Assembly: GCF_006345805.1 (NCBI RefSeq) | Contig: NC_043014.1 | Span: 4,898,001 to 4,962,000, forward strand | DNA: 64,000 nucleotides | Reading direction: 5' to 3' | From: Octopus sinensis | Lineage: Eukaryota | Shown: positions 1-11,884 of the stretch, in pieces | How positions within the stretch are numbered: position 1 is the first letter of the stretch | Layout: every line of letters starts with the position of its first letter | Made by a program: the position numbers and the translations under genes | Notes under the pieces: generated by a model | The model's database searches: none | What the model was told of the DNA's origin: nothing | Seen by the model: only the letters and a program-made list of their open reading frames with translations

Positions 1-610
1 CGTTCAAAACAGATCTTCCACCAAATACAGAAATATTTCCAAAGTTTAAACGCTATAAACCACGAAAAGGCACACGATCACGTGCCCTGGGTATTGTTTT
101 GGATGGTTTTCCAGGAAGGTGAGTTTAATGGGCAAATCATGGTTGCCATAAAGTACTTATATGGATGTTTAAATGATTGTATTTATGTATAAAAGTCGAA
201 AGTTTTTAACGTGAAGGTTTCACTTAGTTGAAGTGTGCATTGTTAGTGCCCCTTCTCATATTCTTTTTTGTGATCCGGTTGAATATGCGCAGCCATTGTG
301 GAAGAGGCATCCCAATTCATCTCTACGTTATCGGTCGACTGTTATTTGTAGACGACATGCTGCTACTAGATTCGTCTCATGGTCACCAACAACGTGCACT
401 GAATTGATTGGCTGCCGAGTACCCCAAGGCAGGATTGACAAATACGCACTGTGTAGGAAAGTGGAACATCATTATTTCGGGTCTCTATTCACGAATGATT
501 GGAAACACAAGAGTGGACAGAATGCTGAATTGTAGATATAAACGCAGTGAAGCGCCAGCTCGGGCATTTGATTCTCAGATGAAGAGGGCTTAGTACAATT
601 CTCGACGTAT
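1..610 (+). mobile_element. Decayed RTE-like LINE, reverse transcriptase 3' part (intron 2 of G0)
   Basis: Broken frames give RLLFVDDMLL (RT catalytic xADD-type motif) and YFGSLFTND (YLG motif); homologous to 16700-17290. Confidence 0.8.
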
Positions 611-847
611 CGTTGCATATATACTAATATACACACAATAAATATCATAGTATATTAGAGTAACATTTTAGTTAGGAAATTATTGTAAAGTAGAACATAT
701 TTCAAAATAAATTCGGGCAAGTGTCTTAGTATATATTATTGTGGACATATAGATAATAACGTGGAACTAATTCAAAGTTGGTGAAATTATAAATCATTAG
801 TTAAGGAGACACGGGTAAAAGACTTTAGCCATAAAATTAGTACTTAC

Positions 848-899
848 TTGGTGTGTCATCAGGTTTATCGTCGAGAGATTTCTTGGAGATGAAACGGTT
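848..899 (-). CDS. G0 exon 2 (NRFISKKSLDDKPDDTP), phase 0 to 1
   Basis: Pyrimidine tract ending cacag| acceptor, |GTAAGT donor, 52 nt, open frame; same length in all four copies. Confidence 0.88.
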
Positions 900-984
900 C
901 TGTGAAAAAATGGAAATAGCATCATATAAATAGAACTTCAGGGTATTTATTATCGTTTAGAACTTAAAACAATGCAATACATGA

Positions 985-1265
985 CAACATATTCGGACAG
1001 GTATCATTGCCAACACTACCATCTCAACCCCTTAGGATCTTCAAGAAGGCCCTCCCAGTTCAGTCAAACGATTTTCTGAACAATATCAGAGAATACAACT
1101 CTGCATTTCAAATGACAACGTTTGGTGAATCTAAGAAGATAGATAAACATGAATTTACGCCGACGTGAAAGTTCAAGAACAAGTCTATCCCCTCAATGGT
1201 TCCCTGGTACCCGCGAATGAACGATCACAGTTCCTCCAAATTTACTCTATAAGTGATGTAGGACA
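985..1265 (+). mobile_element. Helitron RepHel N-terminal coding remnant
   Basis: Pieces GQVSLPTLPSQPL..DFLNNIREYNSAFQMTTFG..KVQEQVYPLNGSL..QFLQIY resemble the Helitron FLxNIRxYNSxFQMTSFG...KVQGQVYHxIGSL...FLQIY region; frames are broken. Copies near 17670-17945, 39515-39785, 56225-56505. Confidence 0.75.
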
Positions 1266-1289
1266 ACAAACCCGACGTGCGGTGTCAAA

Positions 1290-1590
1290 ATTTCCGATGA
1301 TGGGTCGTGTTAGATACAGCGCACACTGCTGCAAAGGAGAGTATATCCACTGACAGCTTTTCGGTGCGTTCAAAAATCACAGAAACTCCACCTCCAATTT
1401 TGCATGACAGGTTAGGGCCTGAAACAATCCAAACGGACGCATAGCATGTTGCTTAGTCGAATTAGCCCAACATTTACTCTACACATGTTTTGTTGTCAAT
1501 GTTGCACTTTCCCATATCACCTGTTTCAAAATGACTGGAATATATTATATACCAACTTTGCCATTTGAATCCCCAGCAATGCCGGGTTAT
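1290..1590 (-). mobile_element. Degenerate LINE apurinic-type endonuclease remnant
   Basis: With one frameshift it reads IAGDSNGKVG..GDMGKCNIDNK, similar to the GDFNAKVG..G+CN motif; several stops. Copies near 17970-18265, 39810-40100, 56535-56825. Confidence 0.5.
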
Positions 1591-1617
1591 TCTACTAGTA
1601 CACACGTACACACACAT

Positions 1618-1682
<65 letters not shown>

Positions 1683-1702
1683 GTCATATACACACATATT
1701 TC

Positions 1703-1757
<55 letters not shown>

Positions 1758-1789
1758 TGTATATATATTGTTAAATCTAATCCAAATAA

Positions 1790-2030
1790 GAAAGCACAAA
1801 AAAACACAACAACGCAAGGACGTGGAACAAAGATAGTATTATTGGACGCTCAGGAAAGAAGGAAAGAAGGAGGGTTTAACGTTTCGGGTGAGACTCTTCG
1901 TCGGAAACATACGAGATGGAAAGATCCAGAGGAGTGAAGACACAGGAAAAACAATCGCCAACGTTACACACGCGTCACATTTTGAATGACCGGAAGGAAA
2001 TGGGTGAAAAAAAGTCCTTTCAAAGACAGG
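1790..2030 (-). mobile_element. Penelope-derived non-autonomous repeat with a degenerate minimal hammerhead-like motif at 1874-1908
   Basis: Minus strand GTTT-CCGACGA-A-GAGTCTCACCC-GAAAC-GTT-AAAC. Copies at 18440-18700, 42010-42290, 56940-57210. Confidence 0.5.
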
Positions 2031-2249
2031 AGAGTAGTGGAGGAGGTCTGCGTGTGCGTGTGTGTGTGTATGTGTGTATGTGTGTATGTGTGCAATGATG
2101 GCACGTTGTGTGTGTGCGTGTGTGTGTATGTGTGTGTTCGTGGCTGTTAATCTTTGCGTGTTGTAGGGCTAGTAGTATTAAGGTCAAGGAAGAAGGAATT
2201 GGGCGTGGCTCCTTTTGTCTCTACCACAGATCAAGTAATAGGTACTTCG

Positions 2250-2437
2250 CATTGTTTTAGCCTTCAAATGACGCCACCCCGTTGTAGCGAAAGAGTATAG
2301 CAGTGATCAGATCAACCCACTCTCTGAGCCCCGTGGAGCTTTAAACACACACAACGCCCAGTCTGGGAATCAAAACCGCGATCCTACAACCGTGGGTCCG
2401 CTGCCCTAATCACTACACTAGTCCACTGCGCCTCCAC
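2250..2437 (-). mobile_element. tRNA-derived SINE, family 1 (partial)
   Basis: Minus-strand head with A-box/B-box-like motifs (GTGGAGGCGCAGTGG...GGTTTTGATTCCC) and a non-tRNA body. Confidence 0.75.
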
Positions 2438-2443
2438 GCAGAC

Positions 2444-2765
<322 letters not shown>

Positions 2766-2869
2766 AATACATATCAATATATACGTATGCACGGATACAT
2801 AGGCATACACACCATAAATATCACAAATATACGTATCTACTTATACGCATACACACACAAACGCACACA

Positions 2870-3205
2870 TATATGTGAGTGGACATACACTGTATAGTGT
2901 GATTGTTCGTGTACAATTGAGCACGTGTGTCTGTGTGCGTGCGTATGTGTGTGTGTTTGTGTTTATTTGTGCGTGTGTTTGTCCGTGTGTCTGTGTGTAT
3001 GTATTTACATTCGTTCTTACATATTGTCATATATAAAAACCAACGTGAATTACAGTCAAACATTACGAAATTCACCGATCTACATTGGCACTCGCACGTT
3101 TTATTTTCAGTTGGAAAGAAAAGATTAAAAAAAACTCGCCTCACTTCCGTTCCTGATGGAGAGAAATAGATAAATGTGTGTAAATATGTACGTATTCCTA
3201 TGTGT
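2870..3205. other. Near-invariant intron-1 block (copies 20066-20400, 43050-43385, 58665-59000)
   Basis: Identical by eye in units 0, 1 and 4; about 4 substitutions in unit 3. Confidence 0.85.
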
Positions 3206-3468
3206 GCGTGTGTGTGTGTTTGTATGTGTCTGTTTCTGTGCGTGTGCGCAAGTGTACATCTAGATATAATACTTAACACTAATATTAATAGGGCTAAACG
3301 CTGCAGCCACAGGGCATGGCCATGCTAGAACCCCACCATTAGATTATGTCTGGTGAAAGAGCGATCGGATAGGAGTACAATTTCCCCCTCCTTTGTGTTT
3401 CTTTGTGATGTGTGTATAAGTATGTATATCTGTGTATATGTATATACATACATATATATATATACATA

Positions 3469-3543
<75 letters not shown>

Positions 3544-3554
3544 TAGATAGATAA

Positions 3555-3597
<43 letters not shown>

Positions 3598-3973
3598 TGT
3601 ATGTATATACATACGTAACTATATATGTGTGTATGTATATATGATATGTATATATATATGTGTGTGTGTGGAGGTACAATGGCCCAGTGGCCATTGTACC
3701 TCCACACTCGAAGCCTTCAATTTTCAGTAAACAACCGGATAATTCTCGCAATTTCGGATAATTAAACTTGAGATCGCTCCGATCAGCAAGCCCAAGGAAA
3801 AACTAAGCTACGAACAATAGGTTTCTTGGAAAAAGGATCGGAATTATACGAAACAAGGACAGAAAACGGACGATGCCACACGAATATCAATACAGAAATC
3901 AATAATGTTAATAACAGTACAAAAACATATATATATATATATATATATATATGTAATATATATATATATATGT

Positions 3974-4157
3974 AATTATAATAAGAGTTTTTGCCAACAA
4001 GTTGCTTATACCACTTACCGAACATATTAGAAATAGCAGTCAAAGGGCTACCATTTCTATGACAGCAATGGAAGAAATGGTAGCCCTTTGACTGCTATTT
4101 CTAATTTTTCGGTATGTGGCTTAAGCAACTTGTTGCAAAAAACCTTTATTGTAATTC
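3974..4157. repeat. Fold-back element: perfect 33-bp stem 4026-4058/4073-4105, 14-nt loop, imperfect extension to about 85 bp
   Basis: attagaaatagcagtcaaagggctaccatttct is followed by its exact reverse complement. Copies about 20950-21135 and 60125-60310. Confidence 0.93.
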
Positions 4158-4247
4158 TATAAATTTTTACCGTATCTGGTCTTTTCCATAGCGAAATACT
4201 ACTAGGTGAAATTTATTGATCTTATTAATTAATTATTTCACACATTA

Positions 4248-4337
<90 letters not shown>

Positions 4338-4339
4338 AC

Positions 4340-4740
4340 AGTGTCTATGTGGTAAAACACTTGCTTCTTAACCACAAGGTATTCTGTTCAGTCCCACTGC
4401 GTAAAAAATTGGATGAATGCCTACCACTATAACGTCGAGCTGACCAGAGCCACGTCAGTAGATTTGGTAGATTGAGACTGAAAGATGGGTGCTATACACA
4501 CACACACACATGTGTATGTATGTGTGTATATATGTATTATGTATGTGTCTGTGATTGTCGCACCACAATCGCTTCTCAAGTGATGTCGGTGTGTTTACGT
4601 CACCGTTACATAGCGGTTCGGCTAGAGATACCGATAGAATGAGTACTAGGCTTACAAAGAATATTTCCTGAAGTCGATTTGTCCTACTAAACGCAGTGCT
4701 CTAGCATGGCCGTAATCAAATGACTGAAACGGGGACAAGA
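4340..4740 (+). mobile_element. tRNA-derived SINE, family 2
   Basis: Head gtggtaa..cttgctt..aaccac..gttcagtcccactgcg, internal microsatellite, tail agcatggccgtaatcaaatgactgaaac; homologous to the well-preserved copy at 51790-52202. Confidence 0.8.
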
Positions 4741-4771
4741 ATATATTTATACATACACAGACATACACACA

Positions 4772-4811
<40 letters not shown>

Positions 4812-5033
4812 TATATGTATGGAGAGAGCCAGGGAGAGAGATACATAGATAGAAACATACACCCACGCATATACATGTTCGTATATATATATATATATGT
4901 ATATATATATACATACTTAATAAAAAGAGTTCAGCAAAGATTTGCTTTACCTCATACCGAAGTTTAGAAATAGCAGCCAAAAATCTTAGCTATTTCTTCT
5001 AATTTTTAAAGGGGACTCCTAGAGAAACCAATA

Positions 5034-5144
<111 letters not shown>

Positions 5145-5176
5145 TACACACACGCATATATATGTTTGTATACATA

Positions 5177-5223
<47 letters not shown>

Positions 5224-5712
5224 GTACACGCACTAAAATATTCATATATATGTATATTTATATATACATATATTTGTATATAATATATACAAATAAATGT
5301 ATATGTGTATATATATATATATATACACATATGTATGTTTAGGTGTGTGCGCTTGTGTGTTTTCGTGTGATTACGTGTGAGATGGATCGTATGTGTGTGT
5401 GTGTGCTCTGTAGGAATATATGTACACGGTTCATGCATACATCCGTCCATCCATCCATCCATCCGTACGTACATACATCCACATATTAATACATACATAC
5501 AATGATGCATACATACATACATACAGGAACGTATACATACAAACATATATTCATACATACATACGTAGATGCATACATACATACATACATACATACATAC
5601 GTACATACATACATACATACATACATACATACATACATACATACATACATACATACATGCATATATAAATACATAAAGACATACATATATTAACAAAAAA
5701 TCCATGTCTTAC

Positions 5713-5856
5713 CGTTTTCGATTTCTCTTCCATTTTTCCTATTCTTGAATCTTGATGAAGAATCACGATCGTCAGAACGAGAAGAACCCCAAAAGCTATG
5801 AGAGAAGAAATGGAATAACGCTGCGAAATATTCCTGGACAGTTGTGCGAAATCCAT
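5713..5856 (-). CDS. G0 exon 1: N-tail plus signal-anchor (MDFAQLSRNISQRYSISSLIAFGVLLVLTIVILHQDSRIGKMEEKSKT)
   Basis: ATG in AGAATGG context, about 19-residue hydrophobic stretch, phase-0 donor |GTAAGA that matches the phase-0 exon 2. Confidence 0.87.
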
Positions 5857-5924
5857 TCTGGTGACAGTTGTCGGTCGTACGTGATACTTCGTGTGGCTTC
5901 AACAAAAGATCGAGATGCGAGGTT

Positions 5925-6025
5925 TAAGCTGAAGACCTGTAACTGAATTCCACGTATTTATTGAGCGCACAACAACCCAGCTCGGGCATAGATCTTATCG
6001 TAAATTTATGACCAATGCGATTGGT
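5925..6025 (-). promoter_or_regulatory. Putative core promoter: palindromic double CCAAT (6011-6025), TATA-like AATAAATA (5955-5962), Inr-like TCAGCT near 5930
   Basis: ACCAAT-GCG-ATTGGT lies 155 bp upstream of the ATG; spacing is typical; intact at 22766, 44928, 61042. Function is inferred. Confidence 0.5.
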
Positions 6026-6226
6026 GGAACTGTAAAAGTGGGCGTGAACTTGTCTGACAGGTTTAATTATTGGAAAGAGATGGTTTGATATTGTCACACA
6101 ATAATTAGCAAAATATTTTGATGAATGAGAGACACGTGTAAAGTGAAATGATTCCTGTTTCTGGATATATTATGATATATTTATTTACTAATGTTGTTAT
6201 TTAATTTTATTTGTTATTCTTGGGAA

Positions 6227-6507
6227 ACTGTTTTAATATTCAGTGTGGGAAGTATTTCGTTCAACCGACGAATACACAGACACAAAGACACACACACACA
6301 CACACACACACTGACACACACACACACAAGCACACACTGACACAAACACCAACACACACACCCACACACACTGACACACAGACACACACACGCACACACA
6401 CTAACACACACGCACACACTGACATACACACACACAAACACCCACACCCACACACACCAACACATACTGACACACACACTGACTGACACACACACACAGA
6501 TACATTT

Positions 6508-6551
<44 letters not shown>

Positions 6552-6712
6552 GCACACACATACACATTCACACACAAACACACTGACACACACACACACA
6601 CTGACACACACACACGCTGACACATACATGCACACACACTGACACACACACATACACTGACACACACACACACACACTGACATACACACACTCCCACACG
6701 CACACATACACT

Positions 6713-6765
<53 letters not shown>

Positions 6766-6811
6766 TCACACACTGTTTTAATATTCAGTGTGGGAAGTAT
6801 TTCGTTCAACC
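6227..6811. repeat. Perfect 40-bp direct repeat (6227-6266, 6772-6811) enclosing a compound (CA)n/CACTGA tract
   Basis: actgttttaatattcagtgtgggaagtatttcgttcaacc occurs twice; the arrangement is repeated in units 1, 3 and 4. Confidence 0.92.
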
Positions 6812-6944
6812 CACACAGTAATCGCAAGACTTAATCTAATGAAGTCCGCTGTTCGGATTGGATTCTTCACAACAAGCGTTAATCGGATTAGAAAAGTTTT
6901 ATGTGAATATCAAAATCAAAACCTACCAATTCCCACCCACTCAT

Positions 6945-7238
6945 ACATACATACATACATATATACATACATGCATGCATGCACACATACATACATACAT
7001 ACATACACACATACAGACATACATACATACATACATACACACATACATACATAGATACATACATACATGCACACATACACACATACAGACATACATACAT
7101 ACATGCATACATGCATACATACATACATACATACATACATGCATACATACATACATACATACATGCACGCATACATACATACATACATGCATACATACAT
7201 ATATACATACATACATACATGCATACATACATACACAC

Positions 7239-7269
<31 letters not shown>

Positions 7270-7465
7270 CATACATACACACATACATACATATATTCAT
7301 ACAAATCCCCATACATACATATATACTTACATACACACATATATATATACATACATACACACATACATACACACATACACACATACAGACATACATACAT
7401 ACACACACATACATACATACATACATACATACATACATACATACTTTCATACATACATACATACA
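6945..7465. repeat. (TACA)n microsatellite with TGCA interruptions
   Basis: Direct reading; paralogous tracts near 23620-24125, 45690-46150, 62175-62608. Confidence 0.95.
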
Positions 7466-7469
7466 TGTT

Positions 7470-7815
7470 TTTTATCGGAGTTATCCCAGTTACCTGAGTT
7501 ACCTTCTAGAAGGATGCCCTAACAAAGTCTAGGAGTCCTTCACTCCCAATGGTTTAACCGCGCGATCTGGTATTCAGTCCGATTATTTCTATGTCCCCGC
7601 GCATGATACAGCCTTAAGACATATAATGGATGGCCGTTGACTCTCAAGAGTTCCTCCGCTCTTTGACGGGTTTTGTTTTTCATCCCGCAGGGTGTCCAAT
7701 AAACTCGCTCCTCACCAAGCAAGCTTGGTGTGGTTGCCGGCTTAGTCGCCGACGACCCGACAATGCAACAGGTTGTACTGTGTTACATGTTACCAGTAGC
7801 ACACGAAAGTGACCT
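7470..7815. mobile_element. Unassigned interspersed-repeat fragment (possibly a LINE 5' region), present in every full unit
   Basis: Higher-GC block between TACA tracts; longer versions at 24130-24680, 46150-46700, 62608-63160. Class not determinable from sequence alone. Confidence 0.35.
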
Positions 7816-8296
7816 GACATACATACAAGCATACATACATACATATATACATACATACATACATGCATACATACATACATGCATACATACATACATACAA
7901 ACATACATGCATACATACATACATGCATACATACATACATACACACGTACATACATACATACATACATACATACATACATACATACATACATACATACAT
8001 ACATGCATACATACATACATACATGCATACATAGAAATATTCTATTAAAACCGAATAATGACATTCATACATATTTTTAACTAGTCATTATCACTAGCTT
8101 TGAATACTTTTCTTCTTGTTTTATAAATCATAGCAAAACATACAGGTACAGTGTCTCCCATTTGAAACTCAATTCGCAAGTGCACCTTCCGTATGGACTG
8201 CATTTGTACGACGGAATTCCATAGTTATGATTAAATTTTCTTAGATGAAGCATATTAGACCCCTCAGATATAGCTTAACCTAATTTAATATATATA

Positions 8297-8329
<33 letters not shown>

Positions 8330-8349
8330 ATGTGTGTGTGTGTGTGTGC

Positions 8350-8390
<41 letters not shown>

Positions 8391-8819
8391 TGTGTGTGTA
8401 ACACTTTCGGTTTGGCCCTTGAAATAAGGTGAATTTGAAATAAGCTACAAAATAAATCTTACAGCCATGTCAGATTTCAAAAAAGTCCCATAATTTTTCC
8501 TATCGTAATGGCGGGTTGTATATGCAACTGCGCATGCTCTGTACAGCTTAAACACCTGGCGGTCGTTTTAACTGTCTAATTATGCCGCTGAATCAAAAGA
8601 TGAATTTGAAGATCTACCAGCGTCCGTATTCTCTGCAATTGTTTACGATTTACAACCAGGAAAATATTTGTAATCTCGAGATGCGAATGCAGATTTACCC
8701 ATTAGACTAATAATAGTGGGATAGTAAACATTAATAATCTTTAATCTTTATTGCAGCTTGATGCTGTAAACCGAACACTTCGTTTATCTAACAAATATTC
8801 GACACACTCCAACAGACAA

Positions 8820-9560
8820 TCATGAATCCTATTGGATATAACGTGACGGTCACAACATCTCAGCCTTCTTACACACAGCATCCGTGCTTGCCCTGTCTAT
8901 ATTTGCTCTCTTTACTCTCACTTTTATGGGTGTTGTATTCGTTTCACATGATATGTCTTCAGCTTCTAGGATCCATCCTTTCTTCGAGTCTGGTATGTTT
9001 ACGTAGATGAGTGAAAGAAATCGTCGTATTTGATGTTCTCTGCTGCTGAAATGAGGCAACTTTTCTGGTTGATTTCATTTCTTATTCTTGTATTTCAGCG
9101 TTTAGTGTATGACCTGTATGTTGTGGGCATCGAGTTTCATTTTGTATCTTATTTTGAAGAGAGGTGGGAATTTTGTGATATTGATTTAGTTTGGCAGGAC
9201 CAATACTCATTAATACTGTCTTTTGAAGGATTGATCGTGTAAATTCCACATTCTCAGAAAGCTTAAATTGAACATTTTGTGATATTTCTAAAGTAAACGA
9301 TAAATAGGTTTTATAAGATATGGGGTAGGAATGGAACGGAAAGCTTTCCTGATTAATAACGGCAAATAGTTTGGATTGTGTGGAAGTATCTGGTTGTTGT
9401 TGAAAGAATCAGTTAAGTTCTGTGCTAAGTAATGTAGCGGTTCATGGCTCCTTGTCAGAATCCGAGTTGTAATTTGAAAACCAAGATGTCTGAGATAGTA
9501 GCGTCGAGTATTATATTTTCTAAGGCTGCGCATGAAAAGCTGATATAATTCTATGGTGGT
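8820..9560 (-). mobile_element. Highly decayed LINE RT remnant 3' of the gene
   Basis: Fragments such as LLIRKAFRSIP (KAFDS-like) and QLGFxQG in broken frames. Copies 26045-26780 and 48170-48900; absent 3' of G3. Confidence 0.4.
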
Positions 9561-9782
9561 ACTTTATTTGGGGTTTTGTTGAATCATGAGGAAGAAGACA
9601 AAATGCTGTTAAACAAAATAACATTTTATTTCAACGATAAGTTTGATAAACTGAAATCTTACAAAATGTCTTCTAGAATCATTCCGACAGATTTAGAATT
9701 TTCTTGTTTTTGAGGATATTTCTGGCATTCTACGTCGCCTCTTTTGCATTGTTTGAATATCTTCTGTAAACTAGTACAACAG

Positions 9783-9788
9783 TTTATT
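9783..9788 (-). terminator. Putative polyadenylation signal AATAAA of G1
   Basis: About 110 nt after the stop; positionally conserved at 27007-27012, 34276-34281 and 49130-49135. Confidence 0.6.
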
Positions 9789-9895
9789 GTAACGATAGAC
9801 ATACTTTAAAGAAAATATTAGGTAACACAATTAAAATTTGTTATTTCATGTAATTCACAGACATATTTTCATATGGAACCGAATTTAATTTCTGC

Positions 9896-10392
9896 TCAAT
9901 ATTTACTGCAAACAACGCAGGTTAATTCTTGACCTTCGACATACGGTGGACATGGCAATGAACCACAAGAAGCCTGAACGAAATATAATAAAGCTCCATT
10001 TTCGTTTCGGTAACCCGCTGGATCAGCTTCTGGTGCATAATCCACACACACATATTCATGTCTGCCTTTATGATTATAATGCTCGGTCATCAAATATCCT
10101 GAATACTCAGCTATCCAACCATCGTAACACTTTGTCCTGGCTGGTATCATCATAACAACAGCAGGTTGTCGTGTCAAACAGACAGCGCACGGAACGTTGT
10201 GTTGATGAAGTGATTTAGCGTTAGCAAAAGAAAAGAGTTTATTTGAGTAGTGGGATATTTCATATTCACTGCCATAAATGTAACCACCTTTTTCAACTTC
10301 TGTTGTATAATTGGCCCAAATGGGATCGTTAGGTAAACACAAGAGATTACTTCCGCCACCTGTGTGGTCAAAGAATTGTCCACCAACCACAC
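9896..10392 (-). CDS. G1 exon 4: Cys-rich domain like the short-chain collagen C4-like C-terminal domain
   Basis: ttctag| acceptor, phase 1, 164 codons plus TGA. Motifs GGGSNLLCLP, PCAVC, IPARTKC..GW..EYSGYLM, YVCVD, CGSLPCPPY, ELTCVVCSK; N-glycosylation sequon NYT. Confidence 0.95.
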
Positions 10393-10603
10393 CTAGAATT
10401 GGTAAGAATAAATCAAGTAAAAAAGATGTTAACCAAAATTATATATAAAATAACTGAAACATTCATTACAATTTGACCCTTAAAAGATGTCATGTTTAGT
10501 CGCGTGTGAAGGAATTGTGGTGTATATATGTTAGTGTTTATGTGAGTGTAAGCTGTGTGTTGAGGTATGCATGAGATCATAGCTGTGCATTTGCATTCTC
10601 TTC

Positions 10604-10634
<31 letters not shown>

Positions 10635-10660
10635 TTAGCAACAAGGATATCCAGAGATAA

Positions 10661-10747
10661 TGCAGTACGATTGTTTCATGCAACTCCATTTAATTGAACA
10701 ATACAATCATTACATCAATTTAAAATATAGAGCAATCTTCAGCTGCA
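10661..10747 (-). ncRNA. Type I hammerhead ribozyme fold (non-canonical U-U at base of stem II)
   Basis: TGCAG-CTGAAGA-long stem II-GAAA-C-AATC-G-TA-CTGCA; stem I TGCAG/CTGCA; GUA cleavage triplet. Confidence 0.65.
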
Positions 10748-11439
10748 CAAATACATAGGATTTAATTGAATTGAAACAGATTGACACATTAGTATAATTA
10801 TACCTAAAATCTCTAAGAAGCTAAGGAGATACACAAAGAACAGTTTGTCTCTACTTCAGCATAGAAGTTAATAAAATTATCAAGAAATTTATGAATACTT
10901 ATGAATAGAAAAAATATTCAACAATTTCTATCCTTTTTTTATAATATTCTTCTTAATAATCCTTTGGTAAACCCTAAACTTCAACTGTATTCTTAGCAAC
11001 ATTGTTTAAAATATTTAACTATAATATATGATAAGACATTCCGTTTCAATGTCAATAGTCTGCCAGTATGCGACCCCCTTAATTATCAGCTAACATCTTT
11101 TTTTAAGTTTTCCCTTACTAAACCTCATGGTATTGCTTATAATAATTCTTGATTTTTTTAATGACTATACCAACTAGAATGTCTGTCTCCCCACTAAGCC
11201 CTCCCTCTAACAGATACTGCCCTATGTTCTCTCAGCCTTAGATATACAAAGGATTTGTAAACAATTGAAACTGACCCAATAAAGACAAAAAAATCAGTGA
11301 CAAGCCGACCTTCATGATAATTTTAGTAACTGCTATGCTGAAGTAGAAACAACATGTTCTATGTAATTTCTTGGAGATTTTAAGTATAATTATACAAATG
11401 TGTCCATATGTTCTAATTTAATTTAATGCTACGTTTTTG

Positions 11440-11526
11440 TGCAACTGAAGATTGCTCTAAATTTTAAACTGATGTAATGATTGCATTGTACAATTAAATG
11501 GAGTTGCATGAAACGAACGTACTGCA
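11440..11526 (+). ncRNA. Type I hammerhead ribozyme fold, inverted partner (stem I has a core-proximal mismatch)
   Basis: TGCAA-CTGAAGA...GCAT-GAAA-C-GAAC-G-TA-CTGCA. Confidence 0.55.
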
Positions 11527-11645
11527 TTATCTCTGGATATCATCGTTGCTTAGTTTAATTTTAATCCCCTTACTTTGAAATTGTATGGATAATGCCGTAC
11601 TAAATTCTGGAGCCTCAACTTAAGTACCATATTCATCCGAATCTA

Positions 11646-11884
<239 letters not shown>

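Larger units (their letters stand above)
10633..11550. mobile_element. Penelope-like terminal repeats in inverted orientation (about 10633-10890 and 11305-11550) around a roughly 410-bp spacer
   Basis: Arms align at about 80% by eye, each contains a hammerhead core, and the element is flanked by (TA)n. Confidence 0.8.

Noticed and set aside
5690-5905. Alternative frame of exon 1 (LKPHEV...REIEN) that could splice directly to exon 3
   Set aside because: No ATG, an in-frame TAA just upstream and no targeting signal. The ATG/transmembrane frame plus the 52-nt exon 2 fits the phases and is conserved in four units.
6858-7532. Many long ORFs rich in YIHT, MYVC, CVCV or IYIY (here and throughout)
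   Set aside because: They are translations of (TACA)n, (CA)n and (TA)n microsatellites that lack stops in most frames; length varies freely between units.
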